Notes: generated by a model not told the origin, from the letters alone. A DNA stretch of 64,000 nt from Blastocystis sp. Blastoise (GCA_039096225.1 JBBPEB010000015.1:496001-560000), one strand, 5' to 3'. Positions 18,463 to 33,749 are shown, numbered from the stretch's first letter. A program made the numbers and translations.

Positions 18463-19558
18463 TTTATTTAAATCTAATAATAAAATGTAAAATAACTTTT
18501 TCATACTAATTGCGTGTTATTATACCATATTATTGATTTATTTATATTTTCTTAAATATTTTATCTATATAAAACAACTATATGAATATTTCATAATGTT
18601 TTTTTGTGAAAAATAAGAAATCGCTGTCGATTTATTGCAAATTACTTTTTTCCTTCCAAATATGTAACAAAAATATAATCATCTAGTTTCAACTTATTTT
18701 TCTGATTATCTCACGTAATTTGCATCCATTATATTTATGTTTTTTGCATTTCAATGTATCATAAGATAGTTTTTATATGATATCTATTGTATTTTAAGTT
18801 TCAAAGTTACAGTACATTTTATGAAATAAGATATCTATATTGAATCAAGTCAGTAATATTTCATAATTGAATTCCATGTTCCATATATCCTCTATATATT
18901 GAATTAATTCAACCTGATTATTAAACTTCAAAAATACATATTCCACAAAGTATACTTATTCTTTTAATATATCAAAACAATTGGAAATCAGCAGCATTTC
19001 TCTTACTAATTCGATTTCTATTATGTTATCTTAACACTCCATATATTCTGAAACATTTAATAAATTCGGTACTCTTTCCTTACCTATCCCCCTTTAAAGA
19101 TTATAGTCAGTAATATCAAGAAATTCTTTGACGATTATTCCCAACAAAATGGCATCAAAATTATTGTCAAAATCAGAGAGTTTTCTGGAAGTAGGGCGTA
19201 AAGCCGATAATCGTGGGAAAACATTACAGATTGACTATGCTATACAAAATATTCACTGGAAAACAGCTGTTTTTGTTTTTTTATTATCTGACGCGTTTCT
19301 ATTATTCAATGAAATGAGAGAAACAAAATGCTATGAAAAAGTGATCTCAGGAAACATTGGTTCGATCTCCAATGTCAAAAAAGAAAAAACGTTGACTCCC
19401 ATGACGACCATCAATTTTATTTCTTATAATTATTGTCTTCTAGAACGATATTTATATCATCAATTATTTGATATTAGTATTAAATCGTTTTAAAGAATAT
19501 TATTATCAGTATATATCTACATTAAACTTATTGATATTCACATTACTGATTCATAGGA

Positions 19559-21235
19559 ATGACTGAGAATAAACCTCAAATTGATAATCAAGTAAGCATC
19601 AAACTGGAATCTTCTGTTCCAGCTGATGGAACTGCTACTGTATCTCCTAATGAAATTAAAGAAAAATCTCCTGGTGAAGTTACACTCAATGCTGAAGAGA
19701 AAGCTGAAGTTGAACGTTTAAAGAAAGCTAAATTCTTAGGAGAAGCTCCTTTATACTCTACTATGTGGCAATTAATTTATCCTGATTTATGTGGTAAACT
19801 TGTCAGTGCTTGTTATACTTTATGTGATGCTATGTTCATCGGTAATATGGCTGGTGATACTGCTGCGGAACGAGCTGTTTCTTTAGCTGCAGTTTCATTT
19901 GCTATGCCATTTGAACAAGCTTTTATTGCTGGTTTTGCTTTATTTGGAAGTATTGGTTTTGGTTCTTTATATTCTCGTTTCCTTGGAGAAGCTAATACAA
20001 AAATGGCTAGAAGAACTTTAGGTAATTGCTATTTATTAGCTGTTGTTATTGGTATTTTCTGTCCTCTTGTTCTCCTTCCTCTTGCTAAATATCTTATTCA
20101 ATTCTTTGGAGCTAGTGATGAAGCTGGTACTCTTCAACCTGCTACAAATTATTTATCTGTATTATTATGTTTTGATATCTTTCAGAATGGTATGTTTGTT
20201 GGTAACAATATGACTCGTGCTGAAGGTGCTTCTAAATATTCTGCTTTGATGATGATTATTGGTGCTGTTATTAATTGTTGTTTAGATCCTCTTTTCATTT
20301 CTACTTTTAGATTAAGTTTAACTGGTGCTGCACTTGCCTCTGTTTGTGGTAACTTTGTAGTATCTATTGTTGGTATATATTACTTCTTATCTGGTAGATC
20401 TGTTGTTACTTTTGATAAAGCTTGTTGGAAACCTTCTAAGAAAGTATTAGGAGTCAGTCTTAATATTGGTTCTTCTGCTCTTATTTCTAGTTTCTGTGGT
20501 GCTATTGTTTCTATTATTTCAAATCGTCTTATTCTTTATTTTGCTCCTGGTGACCCTAATTCTGTTGAAACTACTGAAGTTATTGCTGTCTCTGGTGCTT
20601 TAGCTAAGTTTTCTTTCTTTGTCTTCTTACCTATGCTTTCTATGAGTCATGGTATCTTACCTATTGTCTCTTTCTGTCGTGGTTCTAAGAATTATAAGAG
20701 ATTTAATCAAGCTGTTAAAGCTTGTTTCTATGTTTCTGTCCTCATGGGTTTATTACTTTGTATTCTTGGATATATTTTAGCTCCTTATGTAGCTCTCTGC
20801 TTCAGTAGTAGTCCTAGTTTCGTCTCTACATTTACTTTTGCTATGAGACATATGACATCTGCTATTCCTGTAAATAGTGTTATAACTGCTGTTATGCCTG
20901 CTTTACAAGCTTGTGGTCATGGTGGTGCTGCTACACTTCTTATGTTTGGTCGTCAATGTCTTTTTATTCTTGTTGCTGAAGTTATTATCTGTTTCAGTCA
21001 AAAAACTTTCTGGGGTTGTTTTATGGCTTATCCTATTGCTGATTTATTTACTGCCTTCCTCTCCTTACTTCTTTACCTTTATTATTATAAAGATTTCCAT
21101 GGAATTGCTCAAGTCAAAAAAGCATCTTCTAAGGATGAAACTATTGTTCATGTTGAAAAATCAACTCAACTCCCTCCTCAACCTACTATTGACAGAGAAG
21201 AATCTATACCTAATTCTCCTCTTGCCAACAATTAA
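19559..21235 (+). CDS. MATE-family multidrug/toxic compound efflux transporter, bacterial MepA-like, intronless
   Basis: 558-aa ORF with ~12 TM. LGEAPL...P...Y..CDAMFIG, RAEG...SALMMIIGAVINCCLDPLFI..F.L...GAALAS, PIVSFCRGSKNYKR, LQACG...RQ, W...YPIAD. Confidence 0.92.
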   Translation: MTENKPQIDNQVSIKLESSVPADGTATVSPNEIKEKSPGEVTLNAEEKAEVERLKKAKFLGEAPLYSTMWQLIYPDLCGKLVSACYTLCDAMFIGNMAGDTAAERAVSLAAVSFAMPFEQAFIAGFALFGSIGFGSLYSRFLGEANTKMARRTLGNCYLLAVVIGIFCPLVLLPLAKYLIQFFGASDEAGTLQPATNYLSVLLCFDIFQNGMFVGNNMTRAEGASKYSALMMIIGAVINCCLDPLFISTFRLSLTGAALASVCGNFVVSIVGIYYFLSGRSVVTFDKACWKPSKKVLGVSLNIGSSALISSFCGAIVSIISNRLILYFAPGDPNSVETTEVIAVSGALAKFSFFVFLPMLSMSHGILPIVSFCRGSKNYKRFNQAVKACFYVSVLMGLLLCILGYILAPYVALCFSSSPSFVSTFTFAMRHMTSAIPVNSVITAVMPALQACGHGGAATLLMFGRQCLFILVAEVIICFSQKTFWGCFMAYPIADLFTAFLSLLLYLYYYKDFHGIAQVKKASSKDETIVHVEKSTQLPPQPTIDREESIPNSPLANN

Positions 21236-21839
21236 GAAGATTATATAAGTGGAAAATAATAATTCCTCTTTTATTTATTCTTTTGCTTTATTTTTATTAT
21301 CTTTATATTATCTATACTATATTTGTATGTTTTTGTTCTCTATTTTGGTTATTAATATTTATTTTTTTTTTTAAAATCTATATTCTTTATTATTTTGAAC
21401 CTTTATTTTTAAGGATTTTGGCTTATTAATATCGTATGTTGTTTTTATAAATATATTATGAACTCAAATAATAAAGAAAAAACTAGTCCACATATTTCAT
21501 GTCCTTTTTTATATTTGTTCCTTTATACAAACATATATGAATCTTATAAATCTATATATACGTTCATATGTTTATGGACATATAGTTATTAAAATTAAAA
21601 AGCAGTTGACAATTCATTTTCAATCTTGTTCTTATATCCTTTGAAAGCCTATAAAATTATGTTCATTCTATCTTAAACAGATACTAAAGAAAAATTGATG
21701 CATATTTCTTTCGAGAATATTGATGAACACGATATTTCTTTCTTTTGCTTTCAATCTATTGACTGATGACACAAACGTTGACACAAATAAGAAAGAAAAC
21801 TCATTCTGAAATGAAACCTCCTGTGTCAGGATATCAAAG

Positions 21840-21945
21840 TAGACTATTGGCTACTCTATACTTTTTTGTTTCTTCCTTTGTTGGAAAACTAATAAAAAAA
21901 GAGAGATCTCTTTTTATTGGTTCTTTATTCTTTCATAACCAATAG
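21840..21945. promoter_or_regulatory. CCAAT-box cluster upstream of the GH27 gene
   Basis: ATTGG at ~21846 and ~21916 and CCAAT at ~21939, 100-200 nt before the ATG at 22044. Confidence 0.4.
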
Positions 21946-22043
21946 TTTCTTGATTTCAATAGTCAACGACTCTCGATGTTTCGATCTGTGTTTAGAGAAT
22001 TGAAAGCCATTCTTATTCAATTATTTATTGTAGTTTTATAACA

Positions 22044-23649
22044 ATGAAAGCTTTACTTGTTTTATCTTTTATTGCACTTTGTTTTGCTTTAGATAACGGC
22101 GTTGCGTTAACTCCTCCTATGGTATGATTTGACTCTCTTTTTTTAATATTATTTTTTCTATTCCTTTTTTATTTTTCTATAGGGATGGATGCACTGGGAA
22201 CAGTATACAACAATAACTTAATATCATTTTTTTTCTATCTTTAGATTCCAATGTGTTGTTGATTGTAAGAATAAGCCTGATACATGTATTTCTGAGAAAC
22301 TTTTTACCCAAATTGCTGATCACCTTGCTGATGATGGATATCTTGATGCTGGTTATCAAGTATATGAATATATATATATTGTACCTAAAATCTCTTGTAA
22401 AGAATTGTATTTATTGATTTCTTTTCTTATATATGTGTATTCCTCTATCTTTTTTAATTATTTCTGATATTGAATCTTGTCTATATATCTATAATATAAA
22501 TAGTATTTAGATATTGATGATTGTTGGTCAGCTATGGAACGTACTGAAGATGGATATCTTCAAGGTGATGCTGAACGTTTCCCTAATGGTATTCCTTATC
22601 TTTCTGACTATATTCATAAAAAGGGACTAAAATTTGGTATCTATAATGATTATGGTACTAAAACTTGCGGAGGGTATATATATATATGCTTTTTATAGTA
22701 TATTAATTAATTAATAGGATATATATGTGTTTTTCTAATAGTATTCAATAAAATGATATATATATATATATATGTTTTTATATACTATTAAATAAAAGAT
22801 AATATATATGCTTCTTAATTAATAAAAATAATATATATATATGTATGTTATGGTTATCCTGGTTCTGAAGGTTATATGATTCGTGATGCTGAGACTTTTG
22901 CTTCTTGGAATGTTGATTATTTAAAGATGGATGGTTGCTATTCAAATAGTCTTGATCATTCTGATGGTTATCCTGCTATGGCTTATTTCTTAAATGCTAC
23001 TGGTCGTCCTATTGTATATTCTTGTTCTTGGCCTGCTTATACTCCTGATGCTGATTATAGTAAACTTGCTAAATATTGTAATTTATGGAGAAACTGGTAT
23101 GATATTGGTCACAGTTGGTATTCTATTATTCATATTATTGATCATTGGGGTGAGAAAACTGAATGGGCTCCTTTTGCTGGTCCTGGTCATTGGAATGATC
23201 CTGATATGCTTGTTGTAGGTATGAAAGATGGTTTAAATAAATATGAATCTAAATCTCAAATGTCTATTTGGGCTATTGTTGCTGCACCTTATCTTATGTC
23301 TAATGATTTAAGAAATATTGATGATTGGGCTAGAGAACTTTTAATTAATAAAGAAGTTATTGCTATTGATCAAGATCCTTTAGGTAAACAAGGTAGAAGA
23401 CTTTGTGATACTGAAACTCTTAATCAAGTATGGATTAGAGATCTTGTTAATGATGAATATGCTATTGCTCTTCTTAATAAAGATGATAAACCTATTAATA
23501 TTACTGTTTCCTTTAAAGACTTTACTACAAAGACTAATCTTCATCTTCGTGATCTTTGGAATCATAAGGATCTTGGTGTTTTTGAAACTGAATATACTGC
23601 TATCGATGTTCAACCTCATGATACTGTCTTATTAAAAGCTACTTTCTAA
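22044..23649 (+). CDS. Secreted/lysosomal GH27 glycosidase, alpha-N-acetylgalactosaminidase type; 5 exons
   Basis: Signal peptide MKALLVLSFIALCFA, LDNGVALTPPMGW, IDDCW, nucleophile YLKMDGC, YSCSWPAY, acid/base WRNWYDI, GPGHWNDPDML, C-terminal beta-sandwich. The fourth intron has a non-canonical acceptor. Confidence 0.92.
22674..22853 (+). other. Apparent GT-GG intron (180 nt) in the GH27 gene
   Basis: Conserved KTCGG|YPGS requires the junction GG|gtatat...ttatgg|T TAT CCT. The nearest AGs up- and downstream give stops. Confidence 0.65.
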
Positions 23650-23894
23650 ATCTATTTATTAAGACATAATATAAATAGTATTTCTATTATATAAATATAA
23701 ACGAAATGATATGATGTTTGTTTTCATATTTAATTTCTCGATTTTTGTGTTTAGTTGATTTTATTAAAAATAAAACAAAAAAAAAATAAATAGTAATAGA
23801 ATAGCAAATTAGTATATGTATAGTACAAGTATAACGGGTTAGTATAACAATAAAAACAATATATATATATAACAAGATAATAAAAAGTTAAATT

Positions 23895-25887
<1,993 letters not shown>

Positions 25888-27383
25888 TTTGAATTACTAA
25901 TTTAAGAACGATATAAAATCCGAAAAAGAAAAATGAAGTCAGATCCTTCTTTTTCTTGGGAAATAGAAATTCAAATAAAACAGAGAAACTTAAAAGTGTT
26001 CTTTTCATTTTTCTTCTTCTTCAGTCGTTTTTCTTTAGTTATATTCATTTCAAAGTATTATAACTTATATTTAAAGTATGTATATATCTGAGGTTGTATA
26101 TAAGTGATATTGATCATTATTTAATTCTTCATTTGTGTATTGTTCTTGACAAATTGTGAAAAACAATATCATCAATAATTTATAAATAATCCTATGAAAC
26201 CAATGTAAATATACTGATATTGAAAAACATACAGATTTCAACATTCGATCACATTTTTATTGTTTACAATTCTTTCTGTCATCATATTTTTATAAATAAT
26301 TTATAGGCATTCATTAAAATGAGAATTATTAATTATAGATATAAAACAGTAATAATCAGCAGTGATTACGATAAACGAAAATCATCTATATTTTCTTTGC
26401 TATAGTACATATTTGATATATTAAGGTTAATCAAAAACACAAGCCTCAACAAGTAAGTGAAATAAATCGTGATATCTTACTATTTTGATAGAAATACTGA
26501 ATTTATCTGTTATCATTAGCAAAATATCACGCTACTCTAATGAAAACAGAAGTTTTTATACATACAACTATAGATAAGTAACATTTTTGATGCTACCGAT
26601 ATATAAAATGGCAATAATGTGAGAAATTCTGTATTATTAGCAAGATATACATTTTGTGACTTCAGATTTTAGCGTATTTTTGTTATAAACACTTTCTAAA
26701 TAAATAACTGAAGCATACTGAACTAAATTGAACGATAATTATTGGTAAACAGTTTTCTATTTTGAAATATTCTTCATAATAATCTTAGATTATGCCATTT
26801 TCATTTCTAGTTTTTCACCCATTATCGGTAATACCAAAATTGGAGAGAAATGACAAACAATCAATATAATATAGTAAATAATCCAGAAAAATTTATAAAA
26901 AAGTATATCGGGAACACACAGATTTTTGTATTATGAAGAATAACAAAGGAAACATTGATAATAGCACATTATTTCTAAACGGATATATATGATTGTGTAA
27001 AAAAACGAGAATTTTATTTTTTTCTCATCGACAAAATTCTGTTTCATGTTTTTTGTACATAAAAGAACTCAGAAATAGATTTACCCCGTAGAATTTTGTA
27101 AAACTTTTCTTTCTGGTGAAACACAATAATTGATGGAGAACTGAAACGTCTTTTTTGAAGCCATACATTTCCATAGAAGTGTATATAATCCCCATGATTA
27201 TTATTCTTGTTTCCAGTAAAATTGAGATTATTTTTGTGGTTCTTTTTGGAGTAAAATAATTTCTTGTGTTTCTTTTTTCTATTAATTTTAGTATTTTCTG
27301 TTTTTATATCGAATATTATTTCTATATCAAAAGTCAAATCAACTCAGAATATAGAAGGGAACCACTCTCATATAAAATAACAA

Positions 27384-28536
27384 ATGAATTCGTTAGATTC
27401 TTATTATTCGAATCTTTTTTCTCGTATATTATTTAGAATTTATGTTTATATTGACTGAAAATCTAGAGAAGAATAGTGAGATAAGATCTTTTAGTATTCC
27501 AACTGGGTTGCCTGAACTATATCGTAAATCAGTGATGAAAAGTGATGAAAAATCCAATAGAAAATCTATAAAGTCCTCTTCTAAATCATCGATGTCATTG
27601 CTCTCAGATAACAAAGTTTATTCATTAAAAGACTCAAAAGTTCAACATACAAGTGACAAACCGTTACTCTTTTCAGTATTTAAATATCTATACATGCTTT
27701 TTATAATCATTTGTAATATTATTATATATTATATTTTTTTTTACATGGTTGTAAAAAACTACCATTTTCATTTTTTCTTTATAACAATATATATATATAT
27801 ATTTAGAAACGTTTTCAACAGTCTCCTTTGGAATCTCTAACTTTAGGTTTAGTGCCTTTATATAAGAATATGAATTACCCAAAACAAATCGAAGATAAAG
27901 AATATTTAGCAAGAAAACTAACTACTGGAGACCGGTATATATATTATTTTAATATTGATATAAGTATATATATATATACATATTTGCTGTTAGTGCTGTG
28001 AGTTATATATATAAATATATATTTATTTATATGACACTTTATAATGCTATGTTCTTATTACTTTTATAGAACAAAGAATTATTTAAAAGATAATGCTAAT
28101 AATGATTTAGTTGTATATTTATTCTCTATATTAGAAAGCTCAGATAGGAAAACAAGGTATATATATATATATTTATTGATATAAAATATGACTTTCGAAT
28201 TATCTTTTTTTTTTGTTCATTTTTTTTTATAAAATTTATATTATTATTTTTTAAATGTGTTGTATATATTTGTTTAATATTATATATATTTGCTTATTAT
28301 AATAAATATTATAAATACTATTTGTTTATTATTATAAATATTATTATATAATTGCCACTATATATACAGACTTCGAGTGCTTAATAAGTTAGGAGAGGGT
28401 GCGTTTTCTCAAGTATATCGTTGCCGAAACATGAATACACTCGTCATTGAAGCCGTTAAAGTCGTTAGAAACGTTAGTGAATATAAAAACCAAGCGGAAA
28501 AAGAAATTAAAATATATAATCTTGTATATATATATA

Positions 28537-28567
<31 letters not shown>

Positions 28568-28613
28568 TTATCATAAATATAATGGGATATAGATATCATA
28601 TCAGTTACTTGTA

Positions 28614-28660
<47 letters not shown>

Positions 28661-30265
28661 CAAATCTCCTCCTCTTACATGTGATTATCTCATTGATTTT
28701 TATGGCAATTTTGAGATATATAATCACACAATTCTCCGGTTTCCCTGTTTGGGTCCGTCACTCTATGAATTGATGAAGAAAGTTCATTTTCGTGGAATTG
28801 CTTTAGAATTCTTAAGACATGTCGCAGAACAAGTATATTATTATATGATATATAGTCATTATTATGAGTTATATTAATCATTATGTATTAAATTAAATCC
28901 ATATAAATCAATTAAATATTATTATCCTTTAATTATTTACATACATTTATATATGAATGCTTTTATTTATATAAATATATATTTCTCTTTAGCTATTAGA
29001 AGCTGCAGACTTTATTCATTCCCGTGGTTATATTCATGCAGATATTAAACCCGAAAATATTCTTGTCATTAAGTATCTATATAATATATATATATTTATT
29101 ATCATAATATTCAAGTATATCTATAATTATTGGGTTATTTCTATTTATAATGTTTTCTTTTCAATAAATACTATTCAAATATAAATATATATATTATTCT
29201 TTATTCTATTTCCCCTATGTCTCTAATTTTATTACCATCCCTTTACAGTACGGACCCTGTGCATATTTGTCTGGCTGACTTCGGTTCCTGTATCCATCCC
29301 AACGTGGACATTGTCTCTCCCTACATTCAAAGTCGTTTCTACAGGGCTCCTGAAGTCCTTTTAGAAGGAATATATAGTAATAAACTTGATCTTTGGAGTA
29401 TTGGATGTGTTCTCGGAGAAGTATATATATATAACTATATATATATAACTATATATATATATATATGTATATATATAACTATATATATATATATATATAG
29501 TTATTCTTGGGTATTCCTTTATTTCCCGGTGTTTGTGAATATGATGAACTTTATCATATTATGGAAGGAATTGTATATATATAGAATATTCCTTAATTCA
29601 CTATTATATATATATACTATTATGTTATATACAATTAAACATTTATAATAATCTATTCTATATATACTATACTATAATAGAGTATTATATAACTTCTCTA
29701 TAGGGCACAATTCCCATGGAAATGATAACCTCCAGTCCGAGAACAAAAGAATTCTACAATATTATTAGGATGAACGTATATATATTTATATATAATATTG
29801 AATATACTAAGTATATATATTCTTTTAGGATCAATTTATATATCAATTTAAGGATGAGGAACAGTATTACAGGGAGAATCCTAATAGTGTAACGCATTTA
29901 AAACGACATATATTTGAAATCAAGTATTTTAATAGTTTTTATATATTTTAATATATATTTAATATATATTATATATATATAATATATTTATAGAAGCGTC
30001 TCAGACCGTTTCCTTGCAATGAAATATGATGAAACGAAAAATGAAGAAGATCGATTTAAAGATGTATTTATATATATATATATATACTATACTATACTAT
30101 ACTATACTATACTATATATAGTTTTGTGACCGATTGTCCTTTGTTGATCTAGTAACTACTCTCTTACAAATCAGCCCCAGTCAGCGATATTCAGCCAAAC
30201 AAGCTTTGCAACATCCCTTCATTCAAGTAAACAATTCTATCTTTATGATAATATGTTTTTTTGTT

Positions 30266-30355
<90 letters not shown>

Positions 30356-30499
30356 ACTCCTTATAATGGCCACTTTGAGCCATCTCCAGAATCACCTCCT
30401 CAGACATTTAGGCCGCAATATGACGAGAAGAACCGCGGGAAACAAGGACATCCTGGGAGTTATATGTATAATTATCAAATGTACAACACAAGAGCAGTT

Positions 30500-30556
<57 letters not shown>

Positions 30557-30644
30557 GATATATCCATCACTTATTTCATTGTCTCCTGTGCAAGATCCCA
30601 ATATGTATATATATATAAATATATATAATGATAATAGTATTAAT

Positions 30645-30678
<34 letters not shown>

Positions 30679-31596
30679 TATATCGATATGCGTCTCGTTG
30701 TGATTCTATTGCTCCTTTATATGTTAGGTATATATATATATATATATAATAATAATTATTATTATTATTTTAACTTATTAAATTAATATATATATATTCA
30801 TTATTAATATCAATACTATGTATATATATATAGACCTGAACAAGGAAGTGAAAGTCCTATTGATTTTAACAGTATATATATATATATAATAATAATATAT
30901 ATATATTATACATTCCTTATAGGTCCTCAAGCTTACAGAGAATCGCGGGGATCTTTATACGAATTTAATTTCAATCCACAACCTCCAAAGATTCGAGTAT
31001 ATATATATATGATTATTAATTAGCAATAATAATAGTAAACATAATAATAATAATATTAATATGAATATAATAATTATATAATAATATATATATATAGCGT
31101 GGTCGTTCTATGACAGTATCTATGAATCCAAATGAAACTAATATATATTGTATATATATACCTATATATATAATATGTTATTTCCTCTTTAGATTCCCAT
31201 TCTTCTCGTTCCCGCTCTTCTTCCCTCCAATCCTCTTGTATAGAGGGATATCCCCAGCATTATCCTCAGCCATACCCTTCTCCTCTCTCTTATCCTCATC
31301 CCTCGTCTCCGTACGAACAATATTCTGCAGACCCAATAGTTTATAACGATTCCATTTATAGATATAATAGTGTTGGACAACCAATTATACCCGGCAATCC
31401 CTCAGGAAATAGGCGGTCAATGACGTTACAACCCCCATTAAACGTGGGAAATGGAATCCCGCCAACAATGAATATTCAATTACCTATGAATAAATCATTA
31501 AATAAACAAGTGAATGGAAATCTGAATAAAAGAAGAGGACGATCTATGACTTTTACTCAACAAGGAAAAGCACAAGATATACCTATGGACTATTAA
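27384..31596 (+). CDS. YAK1/DYRK-family dual-specificity protein kinase, ~18 exons
   Basis: DNANNDLVVY (YAK1-type pre-kinase box), LGEGAFSQV, AVKVV, HADIKPEN, LADFGS, YIQSRFYRAPEV, DLWSIGCVLGELFLGIPLFPG. ATG at 27384 is followed by a 43-nt intron (27424-27466). Ends IPMDY* at 31596. Confidence 0.88.
30265..30350. repeat. (AT)n microsatellite abutting a 3' splice site
   Basis: ~85 nt of AT dinucleotide ending in AG. Confidence 0.95.
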
Positions 31597-32900
31597 TAGA
31601 CTATATATATATATATATAATAATATATATAAAATAATCTATATAATAATATATATAGATAATCTATATAATAATATATATATAATAATTATATAATATT
31701 ATATATAGAATAATCTATATAATAATATATATAGAATAATCTATATAAGAGTATATACAGAAAATGTATATAATAGTATATATAGAATACTATATATCTC
31801 TCACTAGTATTTATTGGTTCTATTTTTAATTTTTAATTTTTTTACATTTTCATTTTTTTTATACAATAAAAGTTGTTTCTCATTACTTCTTTGTATGTAT
31901 CTCATTTTATCTATATTCTATGCTATTTCTAGCCTTTATTTGTTAATATTTTAATGTTTGTCTTTGTGTATATGTATTTCATAGTTTTCTTTTTCTATAA
32001 GAAATATTAAAATTATTATTTTTTTTACGGTTTGTTTTTCTTTCATATTTATAAAATTTTTTTCTCTTATTTATACTTCAAGTATATTAAATATATATTG
32101 TTATTCTCAAACACTATTTGGTATTTTTATAAATAAAACAATCTATCATACATTTACTATATTCATATAGTATGTCATTTAATTATCCTTGGTTGCCGCC
32201 TTTTTCTTCTATTTATATGTTTTTTTTTTTGCCTCTTTTTTATACTTATTTGCCATTCTATGTTATTAATCGATGTCTTTGTTGAATTAGTTGTTTGATT
32301 TATATCTTAAGTTTTTTAAAAACGTTTCTTTATATATCGTGAATGTTCGATAGGATATGATATGATATATATATATAGAATATATATATGACTACTTTTA
32401 CATATATTCATTAAATCATACAAACATACTTATAATGAACAACAGTATGCATATTCTTATAAATATATATTCTATATGCTTTTTAACAATAAATATATAA
32501 ACTAAACACAGAAAGTATATATAATAAATAGGTCATCTATATTATTTGACAAACTAGATGAAAATATATATATATGTGAGAAAATATATATAAATATATG
32601 AAGAAATTCATGTTGATTATAATATATGATAATGAAACTAAATGAAAGAAAATAATTACAAAAAAATGAAAGATGATTAAATGGAAAAGACAATATATAT
32701 ATAAAAAAAATGGATAATGAAAAAAAGAAGGTGAACTAGAAGAAAAAAACCAATAATATATGAAACATATGGTACAGGGAAAAGAAATAATTGAAAGATA
32801 TTCAATGAAAAACGATTAAAAAATAATTTCACAATTAGACACAAATATCATAAAGAAAAGATAATGAAACATAAGAAACTGTTTTAAAAATAAGTATATT

Positions 32901-33749
32901 TTACAAGATAGAACAATAATTTGATGGAGATAAAAAGAATGGAAATGATAAAGGGTCTTCAGTTGACGAGGAAATAGTAGAAGAAATTGCGTGTTCAGAT
33001 AAAGAAGGATGGACAGTGGTAGTTGATTGATTTATAAATTGATTCTCAACAAGAATGGAAGATCCAGATAAAGCTGATAATTGCTGTAATGAAGAATTTT
33101 GTAACGAAGATTCATTTGGTGTATTTTGGACATCACCTTGAGAAATGCAAATAGGTTTATTTTCATTATCAGATACAGTAGCCTCATCACTATCCGAAAT
33201 AGTATTGTTATTTGGACTGTTTGAATTCGTTATGGCGCTATTAATGAGACTATTTGTTCTTGATCTTTCATCACTTTCTTGAATAATTTCTAAATTATCA
33301 TAGCAATTATCTTTGTGATTCTTATGAAGAAGGAATGATGGTATTTGAGGAACAATCATTGTTCCATCGGGAGTGAAAGTAGTAAATAGATCTTTGAAAT
33401 CATCAGGATTCGGTGTAGGCATGTTGTCTCCATCATTTGGAGGCGGCGCAGATAAGCCTGAAAGTTTGGAGTCAGGATGATCATTCCAAGAAGAATCGTA
33501 ATCAGCACTTGGAGAATAAGGAGGAATAGGACTTACGGATGTAGAAGATAATGGCTGATCGAAATCTTCATCTTTGTGAAAAGGAAATGAATGACTTCTT
33601 TCTCGTATTGCTTCAGATAAGTTAGGAAGATTTAAAGATTCATCTACATGCTCAAGTTTAGATATTAGTTCATTGGGATCAAAATCTGAAGATCCATGAG
33701 TACTTGATGACGATAGTACGACATTATTTACAATATTTTCTTGAGTCAT
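32901..33749 (-). CDS. Hypothetical S/D/N/P-rich, probably disordered protein (~282 aa), intronless
   Basis: Long open frame with coding-level GC. The likely start is MTQENIV at 33749 rather than 33857. No domain recognised. Confidence 0.6.
   Translation of the reverse strand: MTQENIVNNVVLSSSSTHGSSDFDPNELISKLEHVDESLNLPNLSEAIRERSHSFPFHKDEDFDQPLSSTSVSPIPPYSPSADYDSSWNDHPDSKLSGLSAPPPNDGDNMPTPNPDDFKDLFTTFTPDGTMIVPQIPSFLLHKNHKDNCYDNLEIIQESDERSRTNSLINSAITNSNSPNNNTISDSDEATVSDNENKPICISQGDVQNTPNESSLQNSSLQQLSALSGSSILVENQFINQSTTTVHPSLSEHAISSTISSSTEDPLSFPFFLSPSNYCSIL

Noticed and set aside
19128-19493. 121-aa ORF upstream of the MATE gene
   Set aside because: Non-ATG start, overlaps the CCAAT-containing promoter region, no recognisable domain
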